NCBI GenBank assembly: GCA_964426185.1
Contig: CAYRPF010000007.1
Location: forward strand, 1-17,549
Origin: an uncultured archaeon
GTDB lineage: Archaea > Asgardarchaeota > Lokiarchaeia > Sigyniarchaeales > Promethearchaeaceae
Length of the DNA stretch: 17,549 nt
Direction of reading: 5' to 3'
Shown one piece after another: positions 1 through 8,030 of this stretch (the stretch's first letter is position 1; the number at the start of each line of letters is the position of its first letter). The translations under genes and the position numbers were made by a program. The notes beneath the pieces were generated by a model. That model worked only from the letters and a program-made list of their open reading frames with translations, was not told the origin of the DNA and did not search any database.

Positions 1-42
1 GAATCCAAAGCTTCAAATATCACGGGGGTGAAATCATCAATC

Positions 43-966
43 ATGTTATCTAAAACATTTACTTTTAAAGATTATGCTGGAATTGAAATATATGTTTATC
101 AATGGATCCCTGAAGAAGGTACTAAAATCAAAGGTGTGGTTCAAATTCTTCACGGAATGGCAGAACATGCCGCACGTTATGAATACATTGCTCAAGCTCT
201 CACAAAACATGGATTTGTGGTATATGCTGACGATCATCGCGGTCATGGAAAAACAGCTAAAAACCTCGAACATGCAGGTGAATTAGGTCCAGATGGATGG
301 GAAGGGACTCTTCGCGCCATTCGAGAAGTTACCGAGCGAATAAAAACGGATTATCCAAATTTACCCATATTTCTTTTAGGACATTCGTGGGGATCGTATT
401 TAGGCCAAGATTACATCCAAAATTGGGGAAAGGATTTGAAAGGTGTCATTCTAAGTGGCACTAACGGAGAGCAATCCATGTTGAATTTGCTTAAATTTAT
501 TGGAATCGTATCTGCAAAAATAAAGGGATATAATGCAAAAGCAAAATTATTGGATAAATTAGCCATGGCGCCACTAAACAAGCCTTTTGAGCCTGCTGAA
601 TCTCCTCATGAATGGCTCAGCCGAGATTCTGCGGTGGTTAAAGTTTATGATGAGGATCCATGGTGTGGTTTTGTTGTTCCCAATAGTTATTACATTGAAA
701 TGGCAAAAGGAATGAAAAAAATTTGGAACAGCAGTAATGAAGCGAAAATCCCCGTAGATCTACCGATTTATTTATTTAGTGGTGGTGAAGATCCAACAAA
801 TGCTCAAACTAAGGGATTAATGGCTTTGGTGAAGAGATATGAGAAATTGGGGATAAAAGATTTAACAACTAAGATTTATGAGGGCGCAAGGCATGAGACC
901 TTAAATGAGACAAATAAAGATGAGGTTATTGCCGATCTCATTAATTGGATTGAATCCCATCTTTAG
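43..966 (+). CDS. Alpha/beta hydrolase, lysophospholipase/monoacylglycerol lipase-like (Hydrolase_4 family)
   Basis: HGMAEH oxyanion motif, DHRGHG, nucleophile elbow GHSWG (GxSxG), and acid (GGEDP) and His (ARHETLNE) of the catalytic triad. ORF track starts at GTG 28, but ATG 43 follows an SD-like GGGGTGA (25-31) and is preferred. Confidence 0.92.
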   Translation: MLSKTFTFKDYAGIEIYVYQWIPEEGTKIKGVVQILHGMAEHAARYEYIAQALTKHGFVVYADDHRGHGKTAKNLEHAGELGPDGWEGTLRAIREVTERIKTDYPNLPIFLLGHSWGSYLGQDYIQNWGKDLKGVILSGTNGEQSMLNLLKFIGIVSAKIKGYNAKAKLLDKLAMAPLNKPFEPAESPHEWLSRDSAVVKVYDEDPWCGFVVPNSYYIEMAKGMKKIWNSSNEAKIPVDLPIYLFSGGEDPTNAQTKGLMALVKRYEKLGIKDLTTKIYEGARHETLNETNKDEVIADLINWIESHL

Positions 967-984
967 TATGTTATAGGATATCGT

Positions 985-992
985 TTTTTTTT
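985..992 (+). terminator. Oligo-T tract between convergent genes, possible archaeal intrinsic terminator
   Basis: Run of T's about 20 nt after the hydrolase stop, abutting the stop of the opposite-strand gene. Confidence 0.35.
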
Positions 993-1983
993 ACTTCTGC
1001 TCTTTTAGCTCTAAAATAATGGTTTTGATCTTACGATCAAGAGATTTTAAGTCAAAAACTAGTTTACCAGCAAGAATGAGCATGTTAGAGAGTTCCATAG
1101 TTTTTTCAATCAGAACATCTTCTTCTAATTTGTCCATCAAATCTAAAGCTTTATCTAATTTATACACTTGTCTTTGATATGAAGGGAGTGTAATGTTTTT
1201 TGTTAATTCTTTGGATATAGACGAAATTAAAACCCTGACATCCTTTTCATATTGAGGTATTTGAGTATAAACATCAATTTTTTTTGCCAAATAGCACTGA
1301 ATTCCTTCATCCTTAATTTTTTGAGCTAAACCAATGCAATCATTTAAAAGTTTGCGTGTTTGGCGATAATTATGCTCCTTTGCAGCTTGTTTGCTTTTTA
1401 AATATGTCGAAACCATTTTTTCAGGAATAACTTTAGCGAGTTTTATTAAATCTTGTGCTTTATCAAATTTACCACTATCAATTAATTTATTGGCCGATTT
1501 CCCAATATCTTCTTGTAATAATTGCTCACTCTCTAATTTTTGAGTGATATTATTTCTATAGAAAAAAATTTCTTCTAAAATTACCTTTAAATCAGAATTA
1601 CCTTTGATTTGCATTTGTAGATTTTCTACTGTTTCTTCCGCAAAAATTTGAGCGATTACAAGTGATTCTTTATTGTCTAAAACAAAAATTAGTATTTTTG
1701 TTAGATCATCTTGCACGGGTAAAATATAATATTTATAGGGATATAATCGAATGTTTAATGTGGGATTTTCATTTGAGGAAAAATACCTTATGAGAATTTC
1801 ATTTAAAGTTTCCTCTTTTGGTTCATCTTCTTTTTCTGGAAAATAATTTGCCATAGTTGACCATTTTGGTAATGCTCGTGATGATCTTGCACTTAAATCT
1901 TTCTCATTTGAGACATTTTCTTCTTCTTCGGAATGGAAAACAGGAGGTTCTTTCACTGAAATTAAAATTAAACCCTTTATCAT
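991..1983 (-). CDS. Hypothetical protein with putative N-terminal longin/uDENN-like domain and C-terminal alpha-helical (TPR-like/coiled) region
   Basis: Long ORF. The N-terminal pattern MIKGLILIS...NYFP...EETLNEILIRYF...TLNIRL..YKYYILPV..KILIFVLD..helix..helix fits a beta-beta-alpha-beta-beta-beta-alpha-alpha topology. C-terminus has TPR-like helices (ANKLIDSGKFDKAQDLI). ATG 1983 preferred over GTG 1992 (AAGTGA upstream). The fold call is inference. Confidence 0.6.
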   Translation of the reverse strand: MIKGLILISVKEPPVFHSEEEENVSNEKDLSARSSRALPKWSTMANYFPEKEDEPKEETLNEILIRYFSSNENPTLNIRLYPYKYYILPVQDDLTKILIFVLDNKESLVIAQIFAEETVENLQMQIKGNSDLKVILEEIFFYRNNITQKLESEQLLQEDIGKSANKLIDSGKFDKAQDLIKLAKVIPEKMVSTYLKSKQAAKEHNYRQTRKLLNDCIGLAQKIKDEGIQCYLAKKIDVYTQIPQYEKDVRVLISSISKELTKNITLPSYQRQVYKLDKALDLMDKLEEDVLIEKTMELSNMLILAGKLVFDLKSLDRKIKTIILELKEQK

Positions 1984-2029
1984 ATATATCACTTCTCTTA
2001 TTTCATATTTAAAGAATCAAGCTTCATTA

Positions 2030-2080
2030 ATTAAATATTGGCTAAAAGCAAAACATTAAATATTTGCTAAAAAGCAAAAC
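2030..2080. repeat. Imperfect tandem direct repeat (25+26 bp), each unit with internal dyad symmetry, in a divergent promoter
   Basis: ATTAAATATTGGCTAAAAGCAAAAC (2030-2054) followed by ATTAAATATTTGCTAAAAAGCAAAAC (2055-2080). Unit 2 contains perfect TTTGCT-N4-AGCAAA (2063-2078). Confidence 0.85.
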
Positions 2081-2091
2081 ACTTATTCGAC

Positions 2092-3918
2092 ATGGTGATT
2101 GAAATCGGAAAAAAATCTATTTTTAACAGTGCTTTCATAAAAGCCCAAAAGAGCATGGATATCAGTAAAATCAAAGAAACTATTAAATCTAATTTACATT
2201 CTATCCAAAATGATAAAGAAAACTATGATGAGAATAATATTCAGCAAGTAGAACACTTGATGGACTTGTTCACTCAAATTTGGAAACTTCGAGAAAATGA
2301 GGTTGCGTTGCTAGTATCTGAATGTGAAAATTTTTATATGATAAAAAAATTTGAATTGGCTAAAATCATTCTGGGTTTTGCTGAAACTATTATTACCACT
2401 TCAGGGCTTCATAATTGGAAAGAACGCATCACGGTTTTAAATCAAAAAATATCTCGTTCTTTAGATATTGTTGAGAAATTCAATCAATATTTATCGCTGG
2501 ATTTAAAAATTGTACCTGTTATCCAAATTCAACAGATTTATCATCAATTACAGTTAGTTTTCCAAGAAATTGAAGAAGAAAAAAATAGACAAGACTCCAT
2601 TCATCCTGAAATTAAACAAGATTTTACCCGATTGATTGAAAAAATAAAAAAATTTATGGATACTAATGGAATCCACCCTTTTTCATTAGAAGACAAAAAA
2701 TTACTAAAATTATGGGGAAACACTAAACAAACATTAGATATTCGAAATAAAGAGGCTAAACTACATCGATATATTAGTAACGCGAAAAAAGAACTTCAAA
2801 TTAAGCCCTCCCCAAATGTTTACCATGCAAAAGAAGAATTGATGAAGGCATATAAATTAATTCAAGAAAATTCTTGGGCTTTTTCTCTCAATCAAAAACA
2901 ACAGGTTATTGAGCAGTTAAATTTTGTTGAAAAGCAAACCAACCTGGAATCCAAGAAAATACCTCAAATTATTGATCAAATTGAAAAAAAGTGTCAGAAT
3001 TTTAAATTTGAACAAGCATTAAAAATATTGGAACAGCATGAAATTAGGTTAAATTCGATGGGAATGAAGATAGACGATGCCGATTTTGCAGGTATTCGTA
3101 AAAGAATTAATGATAACATCATTATATTTAACGAATTTCAAAAAATTGAGGATTTATTGGAAAAGAATGATCTTCTTGGATTGAAAACTCAAATTATTCC
3201 ATTTAGCAATAAATATTCCCGAATAAAAAATACAATCCAAATTTATCCAAACTTGCAAAAAAGAATTGAATTTTTAATTAATACACTTCAAAATAACCAA
3301 AATCTATCGGATAGATCCCAACAAGAGCCCTTCAATCCTTTGTTTGATGAAAAAAGAATAATTTCTTCTCAAAACTTCTCTAAACCTTCAATTTCTACTT
3401 CTAAAAAAAGTGCTAAACGTGCTAAACGTGCTGAATCTATTAACTCATCTACTTTACAAAAGTCATCTAAGTTTAAACCAGCAAAAACAGCAAAAACATC
3501 AACTGAATCAAAAATGCGAGAACCAAAAAACAATCAAAATTCTATTGAATCTTCTTATGATGATAATTTTATGTCCCGCAAAAATAAATTTGAACAATTA
3601 ATAAGGAAATACGGCCAAATTAGCAAATCAGAACTCTCATCCAAGTTGAACTTGCCTCAAGATGAATTACTACCATTCTTAATGGAATGCAGGAAAATGT
3701 TAGATTTTTCTGTGAGAAATTCATTAATTATTGCCAAATCATTTCTTAATCATGATGGCAGTATCCAAAAAGAACCAGAAAATGGTAAAAAAACAATTTC
3801 CAATCCATTTGAAGAAATTCATGTAGGGGAAAGTAAAAAATTAAGAAATGAAAAATCAGAAAAATCAGAAGATGATTTGCTAGATACTTTAGATAACCTA
3901 CTTAACGAAGATCTATGA
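2092..3918 (+). CDS. Large hypothetical protein: alpha-helical repeats, Ser/Lys-rich disordered linker, C-terminal winged-helix (PCI-like) domain and acidic tail
   Basis: 608-aa ORF with recurring helical motifs (KKFELAKIIL, FKFEQALKIL, HAKEELMKA), a low-complexity S/K region around aa 425-490, and wHTH-like KFEQLIRKYGQISKSELSSKLNLPQDELLPFLME. Confidence 0.7.
   Translation: MVIEIGKKSIFNSAFIKAQKSMDISKIKETIKSNLHSIQNDKENYDENNIQQVEHLMDLFTQIWKLRENEVALLVSECENFYMIKKFELAKIILGFAETIITTSGLHNWKERITVLNQKISRSLDIVEKFNQYLSLDLKIVPVIQIQQIYHQLQLVFQEIEEEKNRQDSIHPEIKQDFTRLIEKIKKFMDTNGIHPFSLEDKKLLKLWGNTKQTLDIRNKEAKLHRYISNAKKELQIKPSPNVYHAKEELMKAYKLIQENSWAFSLNQKQQVIEQLNFVEKQTNLESKKIPQIIDQIEKKCQNFKFEQALKILEQHEIRLNSMGMKIDDADFAGIRKRINDNIIIFNEFQKIEDLLEKNDLLGLKTQIIPFSNKYSRIKNTIQIYPNLQKRIEFLINTLQNNQNLSDRSQQEPFNPLFDEKRIISSQNFSKPSISTSKKSAKRAKRAESINSSTLQKSSKFKPAKTAKTSTESKMREPKNNQNSIESSYDDNFMSRKNKFEQLIRKYGQISKSELSSKLNLPQDELLPFLMECRKMLDFSVRNSLIIAKSFLNHDGSIQKEPENGKKTISNPFEEIHVGESKKLRNEKSEKSEDDLLDTLDNLLNEDL
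3410..3436 (+). repeat. In-frame 9-bp tandem microrepeat (GTGCTAAAC x2 plus one degenerate copy) encoding AKRAKRAE
   Basis: gtgctaaac gtgctaaac gtgctgaat. Similar 9-bp duplications occur at about 3480-3497 (agcaaaaac x2) and 3851-3868 (aaaaatcag x2) in the same gene. Confidence 0.75.
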
Positions 3919-3927
3919 CATATCTTA

Positions 3928-4173
3928 TCATATCACGCCGTTTTTCTTCAAAAAACTCTTAATGGTGTCCTCATCCTTGTTGAAAATTTCAGAAATTACA
4001 GTAATGGTTGTATTTTGATTCATTCCCATCCCTGTATAGTCTTTATATAATTGAATCCAAGTCTGCTTATCGGTAGCATATTCTTTAGGATGCATTTTTT
4101 CAACATGTCTCCAATAAGGGCGTTCGGTAAGGATTTTTCCACAATATGGGCACTTTCTAGTTGTTTCGGGCAT
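3928..4173 (-). CDS. Small C2H2-type zinc-finger protein
   Basis: CPYC-x11-H-x4-H (CPYCGKILTERPYWRHVEKMH) followed by a short helical domain. SD-like GGTGGA upstream of the ATG. Confidence 0.85.
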   Translation of the reverse strand: MPETTRKCPYCGKILTERPYWRHVEKMHPKEYATDKQTWIQLYKDYTGMGMNQNTTITVISEIFNKDEDTIKSFLKKNGVI

Positions 4174-4360
4174 TCGATTGATCCACCATAACTTCTTTTT
4201 ATATATTAATGAAACCGATTTTCTCTTAAATGTTTTCGGATAACATTTTTCTGCTATGATAGGTTGTATAAATTAATTTCTGATTTATTGGGAAATTTTT
4301 ATGTTAAATTATCAAATTCGCAGTTGGAAAAATTGCAATAATTAAAATAATAGAAATGTT

Positions 4361-4786
4361 TTGGAGGCTTACACAACGCTTTTAGAAACATATGATTTTG
4401 CCCTAAAAACTAATAGAAGAGAAGAATTTATTCACATCACTAAAAAAATAAAAAATTTGCTGAAAAAGACGGAATTAAACAAAGGATTTGTAAAAATTTT
4501 CTGTCCTCATACTACGGCTTCTGTTTCTATCATACAAAATGCCAATCCCGATGTTTTACGAGACATTAATGAAATTTTGAAACCTTTAATTCCACATAAA
4601 CAACAATTAAACGTTGAAGGTAATTCAGATGCACATTTTAAATCTGCATTATTTGGTGCATCCTTAGATATTCCAGTGGAAAACAGTGAGTTGTTGCTTG
4701 GACCTTGGCAGGGTATTTTCTTTTGTGAATTTGATGGCCCACGCACCCGGAAAGTTATTGTACAATTTTTCGGAACTATAAAATAG
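4361..4786 (+). CDS. yjbQ: YjbQ/UPF0047 family protein (secondary thiamine-phosphate synthase-like)
   Basis: Family motifs FCPHTTAS, EGNSDAHFKS and LLLGPWQGIFFCEFDGPR. Start codon uncertain (TTG 4361 or ACG 4376). Confidence 0.93.
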   Translation: MEAYTTLLETYDFALKTNRREEFIHITKKIKNLLKKTELNKGFVKIFCPHTTASVSIIQNANPDVLRDINEILKPLIPHKQQLNVEGNSDAHFKSALFGASLDIPVENSELLLGPWQGIFFCEFDGPRTRKVIVQFFGTIK

Positions 4787-4849
4787 GAAATTTCACTACA
4801 TTATTTTTTAATTTCGTTTTTTCCATTATTCTCGAAACAGGCGAATTTC

Positions 4850-5443
4850 ATGTTATTTCAGATGAAAAAATATTCAGAAAAACTTTTAATGCCGCTGGCT
4901 AAAAAAGTTCAAAAAATTCCAGCCAATTTTATTACTGTTCTTAGTTTTATTAGCTCGATTTTAGCTGGAATTGGCTTTGCTGTCCATATTTTCTGGTTTA
5001 CTCTTTTGTCATTGTTTTTCATCGAATTTTTTGATCAACTTGATGGAATTGTTGCTCGTCAGCAAGGACCCACTAGGTTTGGAGCCTTTTTAGATTCAAC
5101 TCTCGATCGTTACGGAGATATTGTAATTTTAATCGGATTATGGCATGGCAACTATATCTCATCATGGATAATTTTGGTCATTTTTATCGGAATGTTTATG
5201 ACTTCGTATATGAGAGCCCGTGCAGAGGCATTAACTGATGTTTCTTTTGGAGGTGTAGGTATTTTAGAACGAACGGATCGTATACCCTTATTATTATTAG
5301 GAGTTATCGGGCAATTCTTCTATATTCATTCTATTTTTATTTCTCTAATTTTACTGGCAATTGGCAGCAATATAACTACAATTCAAAGATTTTTACGCGC
5401 CTATCGCATCTTGGTACAAAATAAAAATGGAGCAACGAAATGA
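4850..5443 (+). CDS. CDP-alcohol phosphatidyltransferase (archaetidylinositol-phosphate synthase/PgsA-like)
   Basis: Signature DQLDGIVAR...FGAFLDSTLDRYGD, plus ANFIT, SYMRARAE and GILERTDR motifs and multiple TM segments. Head-group specificity cannot be read from the sequence. Confidence 0.92.
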   Translation: MLFQMKKYSEKLLMPLAKKVQKIPANFITVLSFISSILAGIGFAVHIFWFTLLSLFFIEFFDQLDGIVARQQGPTRFGAFLDSTLDRYGDIVILIGLWHGNYISSWIILVIFIGMFMTSYMRARAEALTDVSFGGVGILERTDRIPLLLLGVIGQFFYIHSIFISLILLAIGSNITTIQRFLRAYRILVQNKNGATK

Positions 5444-5470
5444 ATTGCGATTATTTGCTTGTTCTACCAC

Positions 5471-6379
5471 TTAATTTTGCTTTTTTGTGTTTAAACAGCT
5501 TAATAACTTCGCAATTTCTTGTTTGATCCATGAATGAGATGGAGTTGTATTCGTGCGCTTGATGTAATATATGATTTTTGAAAAAAGCGGGTAATAAAAA
5601 TCTTGTAGTTCTTGAATAACTTGAGGAATTTGAAAGGGAATGTTTCCTGTTTCATCTAGGTAATTATTGGAGAATATACACTGAAAAGGATCTGAAGTTT
5701 CCCAAAAATCTCCTAATAATTGGAAAATTTCTTCATCTTTCTGATAATCAAATAAAGGTTGAATCAAAGAAACATGATGATTTTGTAAAAATGTTGGAAA
5801 TAGGGAAAGAATTTCAGGTAATTGGTTTAATTTCAAATGATTTTCATGAGCGGATCGTTCTCCTGATATCAAAGTAGAACTTCCGATATGATTAACCAAA
5901 GGCACGCGCATCATGTGAAAAAATAAATGACAAGCAGGACAAGGTGAATAAGCCCTAAAATACTTTTGAATTATCGCCATCGGTTGAATGATTGCCCATT
6001 CAAATAATTCGGCAACATTTACATAAAAAAAGCGCATGGGAATTTCTCCGAATCTTTTTTGAATTAGTAATTGGATTTTTTTAAAATGTTCGATTGGTTC
6101 GTTGAAATTTCCATACAATCCATGATGATACATTGCAAATCCGATAATTTCTGAAATATTGTGCTGTTTGTTAACTGTAGAACCAACTAATCCCAATATT
6201 TTTTCCATTATAGGGATTAATGCCGCTACGCTATCTTTTCCAGCCACTTCAAAGCAAATTCGAGTAAGATCATGCGGTGCAGCGGGTATCATTTGTAAAA
6301 AGGAATCAATGGTGAAAAGATCAGCAGTTTTATCGCGTTTATTCCAATTCTTCATAAAGTTGGCAATTATTTTCTCCAT
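5471..6379 (-). CDS. Uncharacterised PP-loop-like (adenine nucleotide alpha-hydrolase/HUP) protein with CxxCH and a distal Cys
   Basis: Variant PP-loop CFEVAGKDSVAA, YSPCPACH, LISGER, LIQPL, FQCIF. SD-like GAGGGG upstream of the ATG. Confidence 0.65.
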   Translation of the reverse strand: MEKIIANFMKNWNKRDKTADLFTIDSFLQMIPAAPHDLTRICFEVAGKDSVAALIPIMEKILGLVGSTVNKQHNISEIIGFAMYHHGLYGNFNEPIEHFKKIQLLIQKRFGEIPMRFFYVNVAELFEWAIIQPMAIIQKYFRAYSPCPACHLFFHMMRVPLVNHIGSSTLISGERSAHENHLKLNQLPEILSLFPTFLQNHHVSLIQPLFDYQKDEEIFQLLGDFWETSDPFQCIFSNNYLDETGNIPFQIPQVIQELQDFYYPLFSKIIYYIKRTNTTPSHSWIKQEIAKLLSCLNTKKQN

Positions 6380-6441
6380 TGTGTCCCCTCTATTATAACT
6401 ATTCCATGTATATAGAAATTTTCACAGTAGAAAAGAGTTGC

Positions 6442-7422
6442 TCACATCAGTGTTAAAAAAAACATTTCAAATAGTGTGACCGGTCGATTAAAATTTTTGA
6501 TATAATATTGATCTAAATTCACTGCATGATTAAATTCATGTTTGTACTTCTCTGCAAAAATATCATAGATTTCTGATTGACGGGATATAAAAAGACCTAT
6601 TAAAGAATTATCCGGTGAAGTGGAATATTGAATCAGTTCCCGATTATCTCTCAACAAAAAATTAGTAATAACCTTCGAGGAAACCCGAATGTTAATTGAA
6701 GGTAAATTAATATCAGCTTTTGTTTCATCTTCTAATTTTCGAAAATTTATGTCTTTCATCATATCATTAATGGAATGAACATAGTCTTCTGTTAGGAGCA
6801 CTTCTATATTAATGTTGGGTATGGCTGATTGCCATTTTTTACAATAATCTTTAAGCATTACAACCGTTCCCTCTTTATCTTCAGATATTTTTTTCAGAAT
6901 GTTTTTCAATTTTTCATTAAATGGGGTTTTTATGATATCTCCTTTAACAAATTTAATAACTTCTGATTCTCCTACAATATCTGAATTAAAAAATTTTGGA
7001 GTATAATGAGTTGCACTAATGGAAATAAATTCTACTGGAGGAACTGAAATATTATCTGGATTTAAGTTATAGGTTCTCAGAAAATTCTGAAAGCTAATCT
7101 CGCAATTTTCAATTCGATGGTCTGCTTCTAACCGAATTTCCTTGATTTTTTCCGAGATCAAGATCTCCCAAGATGTAATTGGATTTTTAATATTTACGAT
7201 CATCGGACGATTATAAACTTGAATTAAACCCAGTTTCTCAAGTAATTGAATGACTTTATAGGTCCGCTTCAATGAAATTCCGCTGATTTCAACAAATTCT
7301 TTGATATCGGCCACACTTTGCTTTTGAAGAAGTATGTCATACACATATTCAATACCCTTTTCACGGATGTCGATAGCATGGAAAAGATCTACTAAGAATG
7401 TAATTCTTTCTTCTTGATTCAT
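6442..7422 (-). CDS. TrmB-family-like transcriptional regulator (N-terminal winged HTH, coiled linker, putative C-terminal effector domain)
   Basis: YVYDILL...KEFVEISGISLKRTYKVIQLLEKLGLI...RPMIVNIKNP matches the TrmB N-terminal wHTH pattern. C-terminal FLLRDNRELI...FAEKYKHEFNHAVNL resembles TrmB effector domains. Start is GTG 7431, ATG 7428 or ATG 7422 (the last follows a GGTGA SD). Confidence 0.78.
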   Translation of the reverse strand: MNQEERITFLVDLFHAIDIREKGIEYVYDILLQKQSVADIKEFVEISGISLKRTYKVIQLLEKLGLIQVYNRPMIVNIKNPITSWEILISEKIKEIRLEADHRIENCEISFQNFLRTYNLNPDNISVPPVEFISISATHYTPKFFNSDIVGESEVIKFVKGDIIKTPFNEKLKNILKKISEDKEGTVVMLKDYCKKWQSAIPNINIEVLLTEDYVHSINDMMKDINFRKLEDETKADINLPSINIRVSSKVITNFLLRDNRELIQYSTSPDNSLIGLFISRQSEIYDIFAEKYKHEFNHAVNLDQYYIKNFNRPVTLFEMFFLTLM

Positions 7423-7432
7423 TTTCATCACC

Positions 7433-7972
7433 CTAATGCAGTTTCAATCCTTCAATCCGCTTTAACATGTGTTTGGTCAATTTTTCAAACAACTTCTCCA
7501 CATTTTCACCCGATTTCGCCGAAGTTTCAATATATTCTGCCAGGTTATTTTGAATCGCTGTTTGTATCCCATGATCTTCAGGAATTTTACGCAATTCGGT
7601 AAGATCTTTCTTATTTCCAACTAAAAATATCGGTACATCTGGGTTTTTCTCCCTAACTATTCCAGTCCATGATTCCAAAGCAAGTAGCGTTTCGGGCCGG
7701 GTTAAATCAAACAAGAAAATTGCACCAGAAGATCCTAAACAATAAGTCGGTAGAAGAAAACGAAATCGCGATTCCCCCCCGAGGTCCCAAATTTGTAATT
7801 TGATTAATTTATCTTTATATTGAATAGTTTTGACAAAGAACTCCACGCCTACAGTGAGTTTAATATCTTCAGAGAAGATTCCATGAACGTATCTATCTGA
7901 TAGGGAGGATTTACCAGTAGAGGCGGAGCCGAGCATTAAAATTTTGAACGTGTAATCGATATCCCGTGACAT
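7433..7972 (-). CDS. Rab-like (Ras superfamily) small GTPase, Asgard type, no C-terminal prenylation motif
   Basis: G1 GSASTGKS, G2 LTVGVEF, G3 IWDLGG, G4 VGNKKD, G5 ETSAKSG. Rab-like YTFKILMLG, KLQIWD and RFRFLLPTY. Ends EGLKLH with no Cys. Confidence 0.95.
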   Translation of the reverse strand: MSRDIDYTFKILMLGSASTGKSSLSDRYVHGIFSEDIKLTVGVEFFVKTIQYKDKLIKLQIWDLGGESRFRFLLPTYCLGSSGAIFLFDLTRPETLLALESWTGIVREKNPDVPIFLVGNKKDLTELRKIPEDHGIQTAIQNNLAEYIETSAKSGENVEKLFEKLTKHMLKRIEGLKLH

Positions 7973-8000
7973 ATTTTTTCACTAAATTCAAGATGTAGAA

Positions 8001-8017
8001 TTGCATTCGGAATGTAA
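8001..8017. promoter_or_regulatory. 17-bp imperfect palindrome, candidate operator of the GTPase-TrmB unit
   Basis: TTGCATTC-G-GAATGTAA (7/8 arm match), 28 nt upstream of the GTPase ATG. Confidence 0.5.
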
Positions 8018-8030
8018 AATTCAGTATTTT

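Noticed and set aside
46-286. Short alternative ORFs 46..273 (-) and 74..286 (+)
   Set aside because: Fully overlap the well-supported hydrolase and have no motifs
2030-2080. Tandem 25/26-bp repeat as a mini-CRISPR
   Set aside because: Only two units, directly adjacent with no spacer, and no cas genes in the window
5909-5945. CPACH read as a c-type heme-binding CxxCH motif
   Set aside because: No signal peptide or TM segment, and the PP-loop context favours Fe-S or Zn ligation
3410-7602. Short ORFs 3410..3601, 4507..4746, 6159..6398 and 7414..7602
   Set aside because: Shadow ORFs nested in or antisense to motif-supported genes
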